A DNA stretch of 17,095 nucleotides, from NCBI GenBank assembly GCA_040752415.1, contig JBFMGU010000225.1:1-17095 (forward strand), in the 5' to 3' direction. This document shows positions 7,774 through 15,939 of this stretch, one piece after another. This DNA comes from Myxococcota bacterium (GTDB taxonomy: Bacteria > Myxococcota > JACRCW01). A program made the translations under genes and the position numbers. Position 1 is the first letter of the stretch. Every line of letters starts with the position of its first letter. The notes beneath the pieces were generated by a model. It was not told where the DNA came from, did no database searches, and was given only the letters and a program-made list of their open reading frames with translations.

Positions 7774-9054
7774 TCAGCCCCGCTCCGCCGTCACGGCGTT
7801 GCGGATCTGCTCGGGGTCCAGGCCCAGGTCCTTGGACGCCCCGCCGCGGAGGTTCTTCAAAGTGATCGACTTCGACTCCAACTCCCGCCCCCCAAGTACC
7901 ACAGCCCAGCGACTTCCCACCCTGTCCGCGCGCCGCATCTGGCTCTTGAGGCTCTTGCCCTGGTGATCCAGGTCACAGCTGAGGCCCAGGGCGCGCAGCT
8001 GTTGGGCCAGCACCAGTCCTGGGACGCGCGCGGCGTCCTCGGCAATCACGATGCTGACGTCCGGCGCGGGGAGGGCGGGCTTCTCCTTCTGGAGGAGGAG
8101 CAGGCGCTCAATGCCCAGCGCAAAGCCAATGGCGGGCGTGGGCTCACCGCCCAGCTGCTCGACGAGGTTGTCGTACCGGCCGCCCGCGGTGACGGCGGAC
8201 TGCGCGCCCAGGTCCGACGAGGTCACCTCGAACACGGTGCGCGTGTAGTAGTCCAGGCCGCGCACCAGGAGCGGGTCCTCCTCGTACGGGATCTTCAACG
8301 CGTCCAGCCCGCGACGCACGTCGGAGTAGTGGGTGCCGCAGCCGTTGGAGCAGGCCATGACGGCGTCGCGGATGGTGGGAGCCTTCTGTGCCAGCGCGCG
8401 GTCCTTCTGGACCTTGCAGTCCAACAGGCGCAGCGGATTGCGGTCCAGGCGGCGTTGACAGTCGGCGCACAGCTCCGCGCGGTGTTGCTCGAAGTACGCC
8501 TTCAGCGCGGCCACGCCCTGGGGACGACACACGTTGCAGCCGATGGTGTTGAGCTTGAAGGCGAGCCCGCCCACGCCGGCCTGGGTGAGGAACATGTGGA
8601 TCATCGAGAGCATCTCGACGTCCATCCACGGGTCCGCCACGCCAAAGGCCTCACAGCCAATCTGGTGGAACTGCCGGTAGCGACCCTTCTGCGGCCGCTC
8701 CGCGCGGAACATGGGCCCAAGGTACAGGAAGCGTCGCTCCGTGCCCTGGCCGTGCATCTTGTGCTCCACGTACGCACGCACCACCGACGCGGTGCCTTCT
8801 GGTCGCAGCGTCAGGCGCTCCGGCTCACCCTTCTCCGGCTCACGACCCTCGAACGTGTACATCTCCTTCTGGACGATGTCGGTGGTGCCGCCCACGCCGC
8901 GCTCAAACAGCTCCGTGGCCTCAAGCAGTGGCGTGCGGATCTCCTGGTAGCCATGCGCGCCGAACACCTGACGGGCCAGGGCCTCCACCCTGAGCCACGA
9001 CGGGATGTCGACGGGCAGGATGTCATTCATTCCCCGGGGCGCTTGCAGTGACAC
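7774..9054 (-). CDS. hisS: Histidine--tRNA ligase
   Basis: PRGMNDILP, KEMYTF, LRPEGTA, FRAERPQKGRYRQFHQ, LVRGLDYY, GGRYD, GFALGIERL. GTG start with AAGGAG RBS. Confidence 0.98.
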   Translation of the reverse strand: MSLQAPRGMNDILPVDIPSWLRVEALARQVFGAHGYQEIRTPLLEATELFERGVGGTTDIVQKEMYTFEGREPEKGEPERLTLRPEGTASVVRAYVEHKMHGQGTERRFLYLGPMFRAERPQKGRYRQFHQIGCEAFGVADPWMDVEMLSMIHMFLTQAGVGGLAFKLNTIGCNVCRPQGVAALKAYFEQHRAELCADCQRRLDRNPLRLLDCKVQKDRALAQKAPTIRDAVMACSNGCGTHYSDVRRGLDALKIPYEEDPLLVRGLDYYTRTVFEVTSSDLGAQSAVTAGGRYDNLVEQLGGEPTPAIGFALGIERLLLLQKEKPALPAPDVSIVIAEDAARVPGLVLAQQLRALGLSCDLDHQGKSLKSQMRRADRVGSRWAVVLGGRELESKSITLKNLRGGASKDLGLDPEQIRNAVTAERG

Positions 9055-9110
9055 AGCAGGACTCCTTGGTTGCGGTGGGGGCGGTGCTTGTCTCGCGTGG
9101 GAGGTGGGCG

Positions 9111-9126
9111 GTCAAGCCGGCTTGAC
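9111..9126. promoter_or_regulatory. Perfect 16-bp palindrome in the divergent hisS intergenic region
   Basis: GTCAAGCC|GGCTTGAC presents TTGAC on both strands. The palindrome is certain; its function is inferred. Confidence 0.5.
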
Positions 9127-9190
9127 GCCGAACGGGGAAGACCCCATAGGACCAAACCCGTTTTTGGACGTCTCCAACAGGTTGAACGCC

Positions 9191-9745
9191 ATGCCACTGC
9201 ATCCCTCCCGAATCATCGGCGCCATGAGCCAGGCCAAGTTCTCTGAGCTGATGGCCAAGAGCCCGCGCCAGGTCCGCGAGACCCTCTTCAACCGCCTCCA
9301 GATCAAGGCGGAGAAGAAGAGCGTGGTGCCCCGCCCGCACCAGAAGAACGAGGAGCGGATCAAGAAGCTCCACGTCCGACTGGCGCAGTGCCCCGCCAAC
9401 GCCAAGAACGAGCAGGAGCTGTGCGAGGAGCTCATCCGCAACTGGCTGGTGGGCAAGACGCCGATGCTCGTGGCGACGCTGGACCACTTTGGCGTCAAGC
9501 ACGAGAACGGGCTGACCGAGACCGAGATCGACTTCTTCGAGAAGCTTGAGCCGGCGAAGGTCAAGGAGCTGGTGGGCCTCCTGGCGCCCAAGTTCGACGC
9601 CGAGGAGATGGCGATCTACCTGCGCTTCCTCAAGGTGCCCCACCTGCGCGGCATGCTGCCCGCAGGGGCCTACCCCAAGGACGCGCCGGCGCCGCTCACC
9701 GAGGAGCCGGAAACCGTGGTGGAGAACCAGGCCGCGGCAGGCTGA
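9191..9745 (+). CDS. Conserved hypothetical helical protein
   Basis: Good GC3 bias. Motif LIRNWL...PMLVATLDHFGVKHENG...LLAPKFDAEEMAIYL recalls an uncharacterised bacterial family (from memory, unverified). Start 9191, alternative 9224; the track start at 9005 overlaps hisS. Confidence 0.75.
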   Translation: MPLHPSRIIGAMSQAKFSELMAKSPRQVRETLFNRLQIKAEKKSVVPRPHQKNEERIKKLHVRLAQCPANAKNEQELCEELIRNWLVGKTPMLVATLDHFGVKHENGLTETEIDFFEKLEPAKVKELVGLLAPKFDAEEMAIYLRFLKVPHLRGMLPAGAYPKDAPAPLTEEPETVVENQAAAG

Positions 9746-9862
9746 GCGAAGTCGTGGCGACGCGCTGAAAGGCCGTCCGCGACGTCCCTGCGGCGTCGGG
9801 ATGTTGCCCCGTCGACCGGGCCGCAGACGTCGATGGTCTCGCGGCGTCGGCGGAGGGACGGC

Positions 9863-10819
9863 TCAGCGCCCCGCGCGCGCCTCGACGACATCCAGCAGGA
9901 TTCCCTCCGGACAGGTCCCGTCAAAGCGCCCCATCTCCTGCATCCCCGTCGGGCTCGTCACGTTCACCTCGGTCAGCTTCTCGCCGATGACGTCGATGCC
10001 CACCAGCGTCAGCCCATCCCTGCGCAACGTGGGACCCAGGGCCTCGCACATCTCCCGCTCCCGCGGGCTCAGCGAGGTCTTCCGCACGGTGGCGCCGATG
10101 TGGATGTTCCCGCGGTTGTCATCCTCCGGCGGAACGCGAAGGATGGCGCCCACCGGCTTCCCGTCGACGAGGATGATGCGCTTGTCGCCCTGTCGCGCCG
10201 CCGGGAGATAGCGCTGCGCCATGATCCACTTGCTGCCAAAGCGCGTGAGCACCTCGATCATGCTCTTGAGGTTCCGGTCCCCCTTCATCACGCGCAGCAC
10301 GCCCTCACCGCCGTGCCCGTCGAGCGGCTTGAGGATGATGTCCTCCCCCATGTCCCGGTAGAACTGCACGATGTCCGCGCTGCTGCGCGTCACCAGCGTC
10401 TCCGGCGTGAAGTCCTTGAACTGCAGCGCGTAGAGCTTCTCATTGGCCGCCAGGATGCCGCGCGGCTCATTCACCACCTGCGTACGCGCCCGGTCCACCC
10501 GCTCCAGGAGCAGCAGCGAGTAGTAGAAGGCCTCGTCGACGGGCGGGTCCTTGCGCATGAACACGACGTCAAAGTCATGCAGCGGCACCACCGCCCACGG
10601 CTCACGCTTGAAGTGGTTGGGCCGCTCCGCGCGCTGCACGCGCACCGGCGCCACCCGCGCCAGCGGGACGTTGTTGCGCTCCGAGAGGCCCTCGATCCAC
10701 GCCTCGAAGACCTGGTGCCCCCGACGCTGCGCCTCCAGCATGATGGCAAACGTGGTGTCACGGTCCACCAGCATCGTCTCGGCGGGGTCCGCCACGAACA
10801 GCATCTTCAACGCCATCAT
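9863..10819 (-). CDS. gshB: Glutathione synthetase (bacterial ATP-grasp type)
   Basis: DTTFAIMLEAQRRGH, MRKDPP, VVNEP...NEKL, LKPLDGHGGEGV, GDKRIILVDG, RGNIHIG, GIDVIG, TEVNVTSPTG. Start at ATG 10819 or 10816, overlapping the upstream stop. Confidence 0.96.
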   Translation of the reverse strand: MMALKMLFVADPAETMLVDRDTTFAIMLEAQRRGHQVFEAWIEGLSERNNVPLARVAPVRVQRAERPNHFKREPWAVVPLHDFDVVFMRKDPPVDEAFYYSLLLLERVDRARTQVVNEPRGILAANEKLYALQFKDFTPETLVTRSSADIVQFYRDMGEDIILKPLDGHGGEGVLRVMKGDRNLKSMIEVLTRFGSKWIMAQRYLPAARQGDKRIILVDGKPVGAILRVPPEDDNRGNIHIGATVRKTSLSPREREMCEALGPTLRRDGLTLVGIDVIGEKLTEVNVTSPTGMQEMGRFDGTCPEGILLDVVEARAGR

Positions 10820-11628
10820 GTGCTCCGTGCTCCGCCGGTGACGACGGAAGAATGGGGATTCAGGGAAAGGAAGAGCAGCGTCCCGCCGGTGGCCAGGAAC
10901 GGCATGGTGAACGGCAGGATCATCATCAACCACGCCGCCAGGCCAAAGCCCGCGCTCACCGCCTTGTGGCGACGAACCAGGGCCATGCGCTCGCGCGGTC
11001 CCATGAGGCGTCGCTCCGCCGGCCATTCCAGGAACTGCACGCACAGGAAGGAAAGCGTCACCGAGGCCTGCACCAGGGGCCCCAGCAGACTCCCCACGAC
11101 GGGAACCAGGTACGCCAACGCCCCGAACGCCAGCGACACCGCATACATCAGCAGCAGCGTCAGCTGGCCGCGCAGGGCGCGCATCACCGCGTCCACCACG
11201 CCGGGGCCGGCCGGAGGCTCACGCCCGGTGAGGATCTTCTCGGCGCGGGCACTGATGGCGTCGAGCACCGGCGCGGCCAGGATGCTCCCCACCAGCGCCA
11301 CCAGCATCAGCGCCGTCAGGAACAGCACCGCGGCCAGGATCAGCCACGCTGCCGCTCGCGACGCCGTCCACAGGAACGCGTACCAGGCATCCGGGGCGGG
11401 ACCGGGGAAGAGCCACGCGTGCGCCGGCCCCAGCAGCTGCCAGGCGCCATAACCAAAGGCCACGTACAGAAGGACGTTGATGATGACCGGGACCACCGCC
11501 AGCCGCAGCAGCGACGGAGAACGCAGGGTCAGCAGCATCCCCTGCACCACGCACCACGCCCCGGTCCAGGCGCGACGCAGCAGCGTGCCCTCGGCAATCC
11601 AGCGGCGGACGAGCTCCACGGTTCCCAC
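10816..11628 (-). CDS. EI24/CysZ-like membrane protein
   Basis: G...L...SLLRLAVVPVIIN, ILAAPVLDAISARAE, LVPVVG, QFLEWPAERR, GFG, PFLATGGTL all match the CysZ/EI24 pattern. Confidence 0.8.
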   Translation of the reverse strand: MGTVELVRRWIAEGTLLRRAWTGAWCVVQGMLLTLRSPSLLRLAVVPVIINVLLYVAFGYGAWQLLGPAHAWLFPGPAPDAWYAFLWTASRAAAWLILAAVLFLTALMLVALVGSILAAPVLDAISARAEKILTGREPPAGPGVVDAVMRALRGQLTLLLMYAVSLAFGALAYLVPVVGSLLGPLVQASVTLSFLCVQFLEWPAERRLMGPRERMALVRRHKAVSAGFGLAAWLMMILPFTMPFLATGGTLLFLSLNPHSSVVTGGARST

Positions 11629-11636
11629 GGGAGCCG

Positions 11637-11665
11637 TAGCTAGGGTTTGGCTGGCCGCGCGTCAA
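11637..11665 (-). promoter_or_regulatory. sigma70-like promoter for cysZ-like/gshB, probably leaderless
   Basis: Minus strand TTGACG (11665-11660), 17 nt spacer, TAGCTA (11642-11637), ending 8 nt before the GTG at 11628. Confidence 0.5.
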
Positions 11666-11732
11666 TTTGTGCCCACCGGCATCCAAGCAGAAAACCCGCG
11701 CACACCCCCGCGCGTTGGCGTATGAGGCCGTT

Positions 11733-13091
11733 GTGACCCAGATCCTCCCCCTGCCGCCCGGCGCCGTTGATCCTGGTGCCGCCCCCGTCACGTCCGTGGA
11801 CCAGCTGGTGGAGCGGTTGGCGCGTGGTGCCAAGACCGGGACCCTCAAGGTGGGCACCGAGCACGAGAAGCTGGGCATCCGCCTCAAGGACGGATCCCGC
11901 GTCCCCTACGAGGGCCCCGACGGGCTGGGCGCCATGCTCGTCGAGATGGCCGAGAAGTATGGGCACACCCTTGTGGAGGAGGCGGGGAGGCCCATTGCGC
12001 TGTCCCGGAGGGGCGCGGCGGTCAGCCTGGAGCCCGGCGGCCAGCTGGAGCTCAGCGGCGCGCCCCACGTCTCCCTCCACGACGCCGAGAAGGAGCTGGA
12101 CGAGCACCTGCGCGAGGTGGCGAGCGTGGCCGGACCGCGTGGCGTGGCGTTCTACGGCGTCGGGTTCGACCCGCTGCACGGGAATGACGCCATCCCGTGG
12201 ATGCCCAAGTCGCGCTACCGCACCATGGCCCAGCACATGCGCGCCTCCGGCAACCTGGGCGTGGACATGATGCTGCGCACCTGCACCGTGCAGGCGAACC
12301 TGGACTACCGGTCCGAGGCGGACATGGGCCTCAAGCTGCAGACGGGCCTGGGCATCAGCAGCGTGGTCACGGCGCTCTTTGCCGCCAGCCCCTTCGTGGA
12401 GCGCCACCCCGCGGGCTGGCAGAGCCACCGCATGCGCACCTGGCTGGACACCGACAACACCCGCGTGGGCCTGTTGCGCTTTGCCCTGGAAGAGCCCGCC
12501 ACCTTCCGCGCGTACGTGGAGTGGGCGCTGGATGTGCCGCTCATCTTCATCCGTCGGGGCGCGGACTACCTGCCGCCTCCCAAGGGGCTGACGTTCCGTC
12601 GGTGGATGGGCGGCGTGGACGGGCTGGAGCACCCCACCCTCAACGACTTTGACGACGTGCTCTCCACCCTCTTCCCCGACGTGCGCCTCAAGACCTACCT
12701 GGAGGTCCGCACCGCCGACTGCGGTCCGCGCGCCCACCTGCTGGCGCTGCCGGCGCTGTGGAAGGGCATCCTCTACGACGAGGGCGCCCGCAAGCGCGCC
12801 TGGCCCCTGGTCTCCCGCCTCACCTTCCGCGACCACGTGGAGCTGCGCGAGGCCGCCGCACGCCACGGGCTGCGCGCCCGCGTGGCCGGGCTGGACGCCG
12901 CGGAGGCGGCCGTGGAGCTGTGCCTGGCGGCGCAGGACGGGCTGCGGGCCCAGGGCTGCTCCGACGAGGCCGGCTACCTGGAGCCCATGCTGGCGCGGGC
13001 CCGCTCACGGCGGACGTTGGCGGACGAGATGCTGGACTACCGCCAGGGCGAGTGGCCCGAGCTGGGTGGCAACCTGACCCGGTTGTGCTGA
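11733..13091 (+). CDS. gshA: Glutamate--cysteine ligase (GCS2 family, plant/alphaproteobacterial type)
   Basis: VGTEHEK, SLEPGGQLELSGAP, WMPKSRY, MMLRTCTVQANLDY.SEADM, FPDVRLKTYLEVRTAD. Start assigned to GTG 11733 (GAGG upstream); the exact start is uncertain. Confidence 0.93.
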   Translation: MTQILPLPPGAVDPGAAPVTSVDQLVERLARGAKTGTLKVGTEHEKLGIRLKDGSRVPYEGPDGLGAMLVEMAEKYGHTLVEEAGRPIALSRRGAAVSLEPGGQLELSGAPHVSLHDAEKELDEHLREVASVAGPRGVAFYGVGFDPLHGNDAIPWMPKSRYRTMAQHMRASGNLGVDMMLRTCTVQANLDYRSEADMGLKLQTGLGISSVVTALFAASPFVERHPAGWQSHRMRTWLDTDNTRVGLLRFALEEPATFRAYVEWALDVPLIFIRRGADYLPPPKGLTFRRWMGGVDGLEHPTLNDFDDVLSTLFPDVRLKTYLEVRTADCGPRAHLLALPALWKGILYDEGARKRAWPLVSRLTFRDHVELREAAARHGLRARVAGLDAAEAAVELCLAAQDGLRAQGCSDEAGYLEPMLARARSRRTLADEMLDYRQGEWPELGGNLTRLC

Positions 13092-13121
13092 CCCCTCCCA
13101 CTGCAATTGCGCGCGGAGGGG
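13092..13121 (+). terminator. Hairpin immediately after gshA
   Basis: CCCCTCC (13092-13098) pairs with GGAGGGG (13115-13121), with an inner GCAATTGC palindrome. Only a weak, displaced T-run follows. Confidence 0.4.
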
Positions 13122-13161
13122 GCTCCCTTTAGCCTTGCGCGCCTTGCTGCCCCGGTACCCC

Positions 13162-14157
13162 ATGCGCCACTCCTTCCTTGCCCTGCTGGTGCTGAGCCTC
13201 GCCGCGTGCCCGGAATGCCCCAGCCCGGGGCCCGGTGACGCGGGCGGCGGTGGGACCACCAGCTCGTCGTCGTCGTCGAGTGGGGCGTCCGGTAGCAGCT
13301 CCTCCGGCGTGGTGGGAGACGGCGGCGTGCAGGATGGCGGCCCCAGCGGCGGAGATGGCGGCACCGGCTGCGGGCCCAACACGGAAGGCTTTGGTGAGCC
13401 GTGCGGTGATTGCGGCGCCATGTTGTGCAACCAGCAAGGTGAGCTGGCCTGCGCGGATCCAGGCAAGAACGCGTGCGACGCGTGCGGGGAGCTGGACACG
13501 TCCAACGGCATTGTCGGGCGGGAGTGCGGGAGCTGCGGCATTGTGGGGTGCGCCGACGGCGGACTGGCCACCGTGTGCACCGGCGAGCACCCGCCCAATG
13601 CGTGCGGCGGCTGCCTGGACTTCCCCGACGGCAAGGGCCCGCCCGACGCCGGCTGCAGCGAGTGCAACACCGGACGCTGGCGCTGCCAGGTGAGCCTCAA
13701 TGATCTCTCATGCTGGGAGGGCCGCGGCACGGACACGTCCTGCGGAGACTGCCAGCGCTGCATCCGTTACACCGCCGACATGAGCGACCTCAGCCAGGGC
13801 GCCTACATCCTGGCCGGCACGCGGGCCATCATCGAGGACGTGGGGGCGGACACGGACATGGGCACCAGCCCCACCAGCACGCACGTGCTCACCTTTGACC
13901 CGCTCATCCTGGGCCCCGGCGGCGCGGTCATGGAGGGCGCCATCGTCTTCCTCAGCCCCTCCGACCGCCACGACGACCCGAACGCGTTCGCGCTGCCGGA
14001 GTTCTTCAGCGCCTATGACTTTGGCCAGCCCGGCGACCCGGTAAGGCAGTTCCACATCGATTTTGACCTGGACCAGATGAACTACGTGATCATCTACGAC
14101 GGATTCCTTGATCAGGTGGTCAGTCGTGGGGAATTGATCCCTTCCTCCAATCCCTGA
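13162..14157 (+). CDS. Cysteine-rich repeat lipoprotein with a DM13-like C-terminal domain
   Basis: Lipobox MRHSFLALLVLSLAA-C, Gly/Ser linker, three 6-Cys repeats, then a beta-rich C-terminal domain (DM13 resemblance by eye). Confidence 0.78.
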   Translation: MRHSFLALLVLSLAACPECPSPGPGDAGGGGTTSSSSSSSGASGSSSSGVVGDGGVQDGGPSGGDGGTGCGPNTEGFGEPCGDCGAMLCNQQGELACADPGKNACDACGELDTSNGIVGRECGSCGIVGCADGGLATVCTGEHPPNACGGCLDFPDGKGPPDAGCSECNTGRWRCQVSLNDLSCWEGRGTDTSCGDCQRCIRYTADMSDLSQGAYILAGTRAIIEDVGADTDMGTSPTSTHVLTFDPLILGPGGAVMEGAIVFLSPSDRHDDPNAFALPEFFSAYDFGQPGDPVRQFHIDFDLDQMNYVIIYDGFLDQVVSRGELIPSSNP

Positions 14158-14172
14158 GATCACGCCCCGCGC

Positions 14173-15939
14173 ATGCAGTCGTTCTCCAACGCGTTCAAGG
14201 TCGGACTGGTGATGGTGCTCGCCATTGGCGTGTCGCTGTACTGGTTCTTTGCCACGTCGAAGGGAACGCTGGGGCAGGAGGAGGCCTACCGGGTCTACGC
14301 GTATCTCCCCGACGCCTCCGGCCTCTCCCTGAAGAGCAAGGTGTCCCTGGGCGGTCTCACGGTGGGCCAGATCGAGGACATCCACCTCGTGGACATGGAT
14401 GGCCCCGAGGTGTCGCCGGAGGACCGGCCGGACTACCTGGGCCGCGTGCGGCACGGGTACCTGAGCAAGGTCACCATCTGGGTCAAGAAGCAGTACCCGC
14501 TGCGCTCCGACGTGCGCCTGGCCAAGGAGACGGAGGGCCTCATCGGCTCCAAGATCCTGCGCATGTACCCGGCGGAGGTGGACTGGGCCAAGCCGGAGAC
14601 CATGGCGCCCGTGCTCAAGGACGGTGAGCAGATCCGTCACGTGGAGTGGGAGAGCGACCTGGACAAGGTGGCCGGCCTGGCCAAGGGCATTGGCGGCCAG
14701 ATCCAGACGCTCATCGACGTCAACAAGGACGAGATCACGGACATTGTGAAGAGCGTGCGCGACTTCCTGGGCCCCGACCCCGGAGGCTCCCCGCCGCCCA
14801 GCTTCCCCGCCGTGGTGCAGCAGCTGCGCGACACCATGAAGGACCTGGACAAGAGCCTCACCAAGGTGCTGGGCAGCGCCGACAGCGTGGTGAAGGACAA
14901 CCGCGAGGCCATCCGCGAGGTGCTGGAGAACATCAGCCGCGTCACCACCGAGCTGCGCAACATCTCCGAGGGGCAGGGTGAACGCGGCGTGGCACTGGAC
15001 ACCATGGTGCGCAACGTGACGCAGGTGACCGAGGACCTGCGTCGGGTGGTGGCGGACGTGCGGACCATTGTCTCCGGCCAGACCACCGAGGACGGCGAGA
15101 CCGACCCGAGCAAGCAGTTCGACGGCGTGAAGAAGACCATCGACAAGCTCAACAAGAACCTGGAGCACCTGGAGCAGGTCACCGCCAACCTGGAGAAGGG
15201 CGAGGGCACCGTCGGGCGCTTGTTGCAGGACGACAAGATCGTCAACGACCTCGAGGACACCGTGGACAGCGCCACGGAGTTCGTGGGCGGTCTGACCGCC
15301 ACGCAGACGCACGTGGACATCCTGGCCTGGTACAACTTCCGCCAGAGCGCGGCGCACTCCGGCATCTCCGTGAAGTTCCAGCCCAAGCCGGACAAGTACT
15401 ACCTGTTCGAGCTGGTCAACGACCCCAAGCGCTCCTCCAGCGAGAAGGTGGTGACGACGAGGAACCTCACCGACGGGACCACCAAGGTGGAGCACGTCAG
15501 CGAGGTGACCGACAGCTTCAAGGCGACGCTCATGTGGGCCAAGATGTGGGGCCCGCTGACGCTGCGCATTGGCATGATCGAGAGCAGCGGCGGCGTGGGT
15601 GCCAACCTGAACTTCTGGGATGACCGCATCCAGCTGCGCACCGACCTCTTCCAGTTCAGCATGAACCGCTTCCCGCGCTGGCGCACCTATGGCCAGTTCA
15701 GCCCCATCCCGCACATGTACGTGCTGGCGGGCTTCGACGATCCGCTGAACGCCAACTTCATGGGCGCGGTGCCGGTGCAGTACCTGCCGTACCAGATGCG
15801 TCGGGACTACGTGCAGCTGGACTGGCGCAACAGCAACACCTGGGGCGCCACGGACGTGTTCCTGGGCGGCGGCATCTTCTTCACGGATGACGACCTGCGC
15901 GGCGCGTTCACGCAGCTCCCGACGAGCTTCCTGAAATGA
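14173..15939 (+). CDS. mlaD: MlaD/MCE-family protein: TM anchor, MCE domain, long helical stalk, C-terminal beta-barrel-like domain
   Basis: N-terminal KVG-hydrophobic anchor, DASGLSLKSKVSLGGLTVGQI, EGLIG loop, heptad-rich helices, GEGTVGRLLQDD, then amphipathic strands ending FLGGGIFFTDDDL. Confidence 0.9.
   Translation: MQSFSNAFKVGLVMVLAIGVSLYWFFATSKGTLGQEEAYRVYAYLPDASGLSLKSKVSLGGLTVGQIEDIHLVDMDGPEVSPEDRPDYLGRVRHGYLSKVTIWVKKQYPLRSDVRLAKETEGLIGSKILRMYPAEVDWAKPETMAPVLKDGEQIRHVEWESDLDKVAGLAKGIGGQIQTLIDVNKDEITDIVKSVRDFLGPDPGGSPPPSFPAVVQQLRDTMKDLDKSLTKVLGSADSVVKDNREAIREVLENISRVTTELRNISEGQGERGVALDTMVRNVTQVTEDLRRVVADVRTIVSGQTTEDGETDPSKQFDGVKKTIDKLNKNLEHLEQVTANLEKGEGTVGRLLQDDKIVNDLEDTVDSATEFVGGLTATQTHVDILAWYNFRQSAAHSGISVKFQPKPDKYYLFELVNDPKRSSSEKVVTTRNLTDGTTKVEHVSEVTDSFKATLMWAKMWGPLTLRIGMIESSGGVGANLNFWDDRIQLRTDLFQFSMNRFPRWRTYGQFSPIPHMYVLAGFDDPLNANFMGAVPVQYLPYQMRRDYVQLDWRNSNTWGATDVFLGGGIFFTDDDLRGAFTQLPTSFLK

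Noticed and set aside
9055..9190. T-box or attenuator leader for hisS
   Set aside because: The region is too short, and shows no T-box consensus, His-codon leader peptide or terminator.
10820..11044. N-terminal extension of GshB in the ORF track
   Set aside because: It overlaps the cysZ-like gene; GshB homology begins at MALKMLFVADP, which has its own GGAG.
1780..12866. Other long overlapping ORFs (1780..3075, 3614..4891, 7963..9051, 9833..11452, 11640..12866)
   Set aside because: Each lies opposite a well-supported gene and shows no family motifs.
13402..13761. Multiheme cytochrome or ferredoxin reading of the CxxC motifs
   Set aside because: No CxxCH and no CxxCxxCxxxC spacing.
13708..15714. 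668-aa minus-strand ORF
   Set aside because: Antisense mirror of the lipoprotein and mlaD genes, with the Leu/His/Val-rich composition typical of shadow frames.
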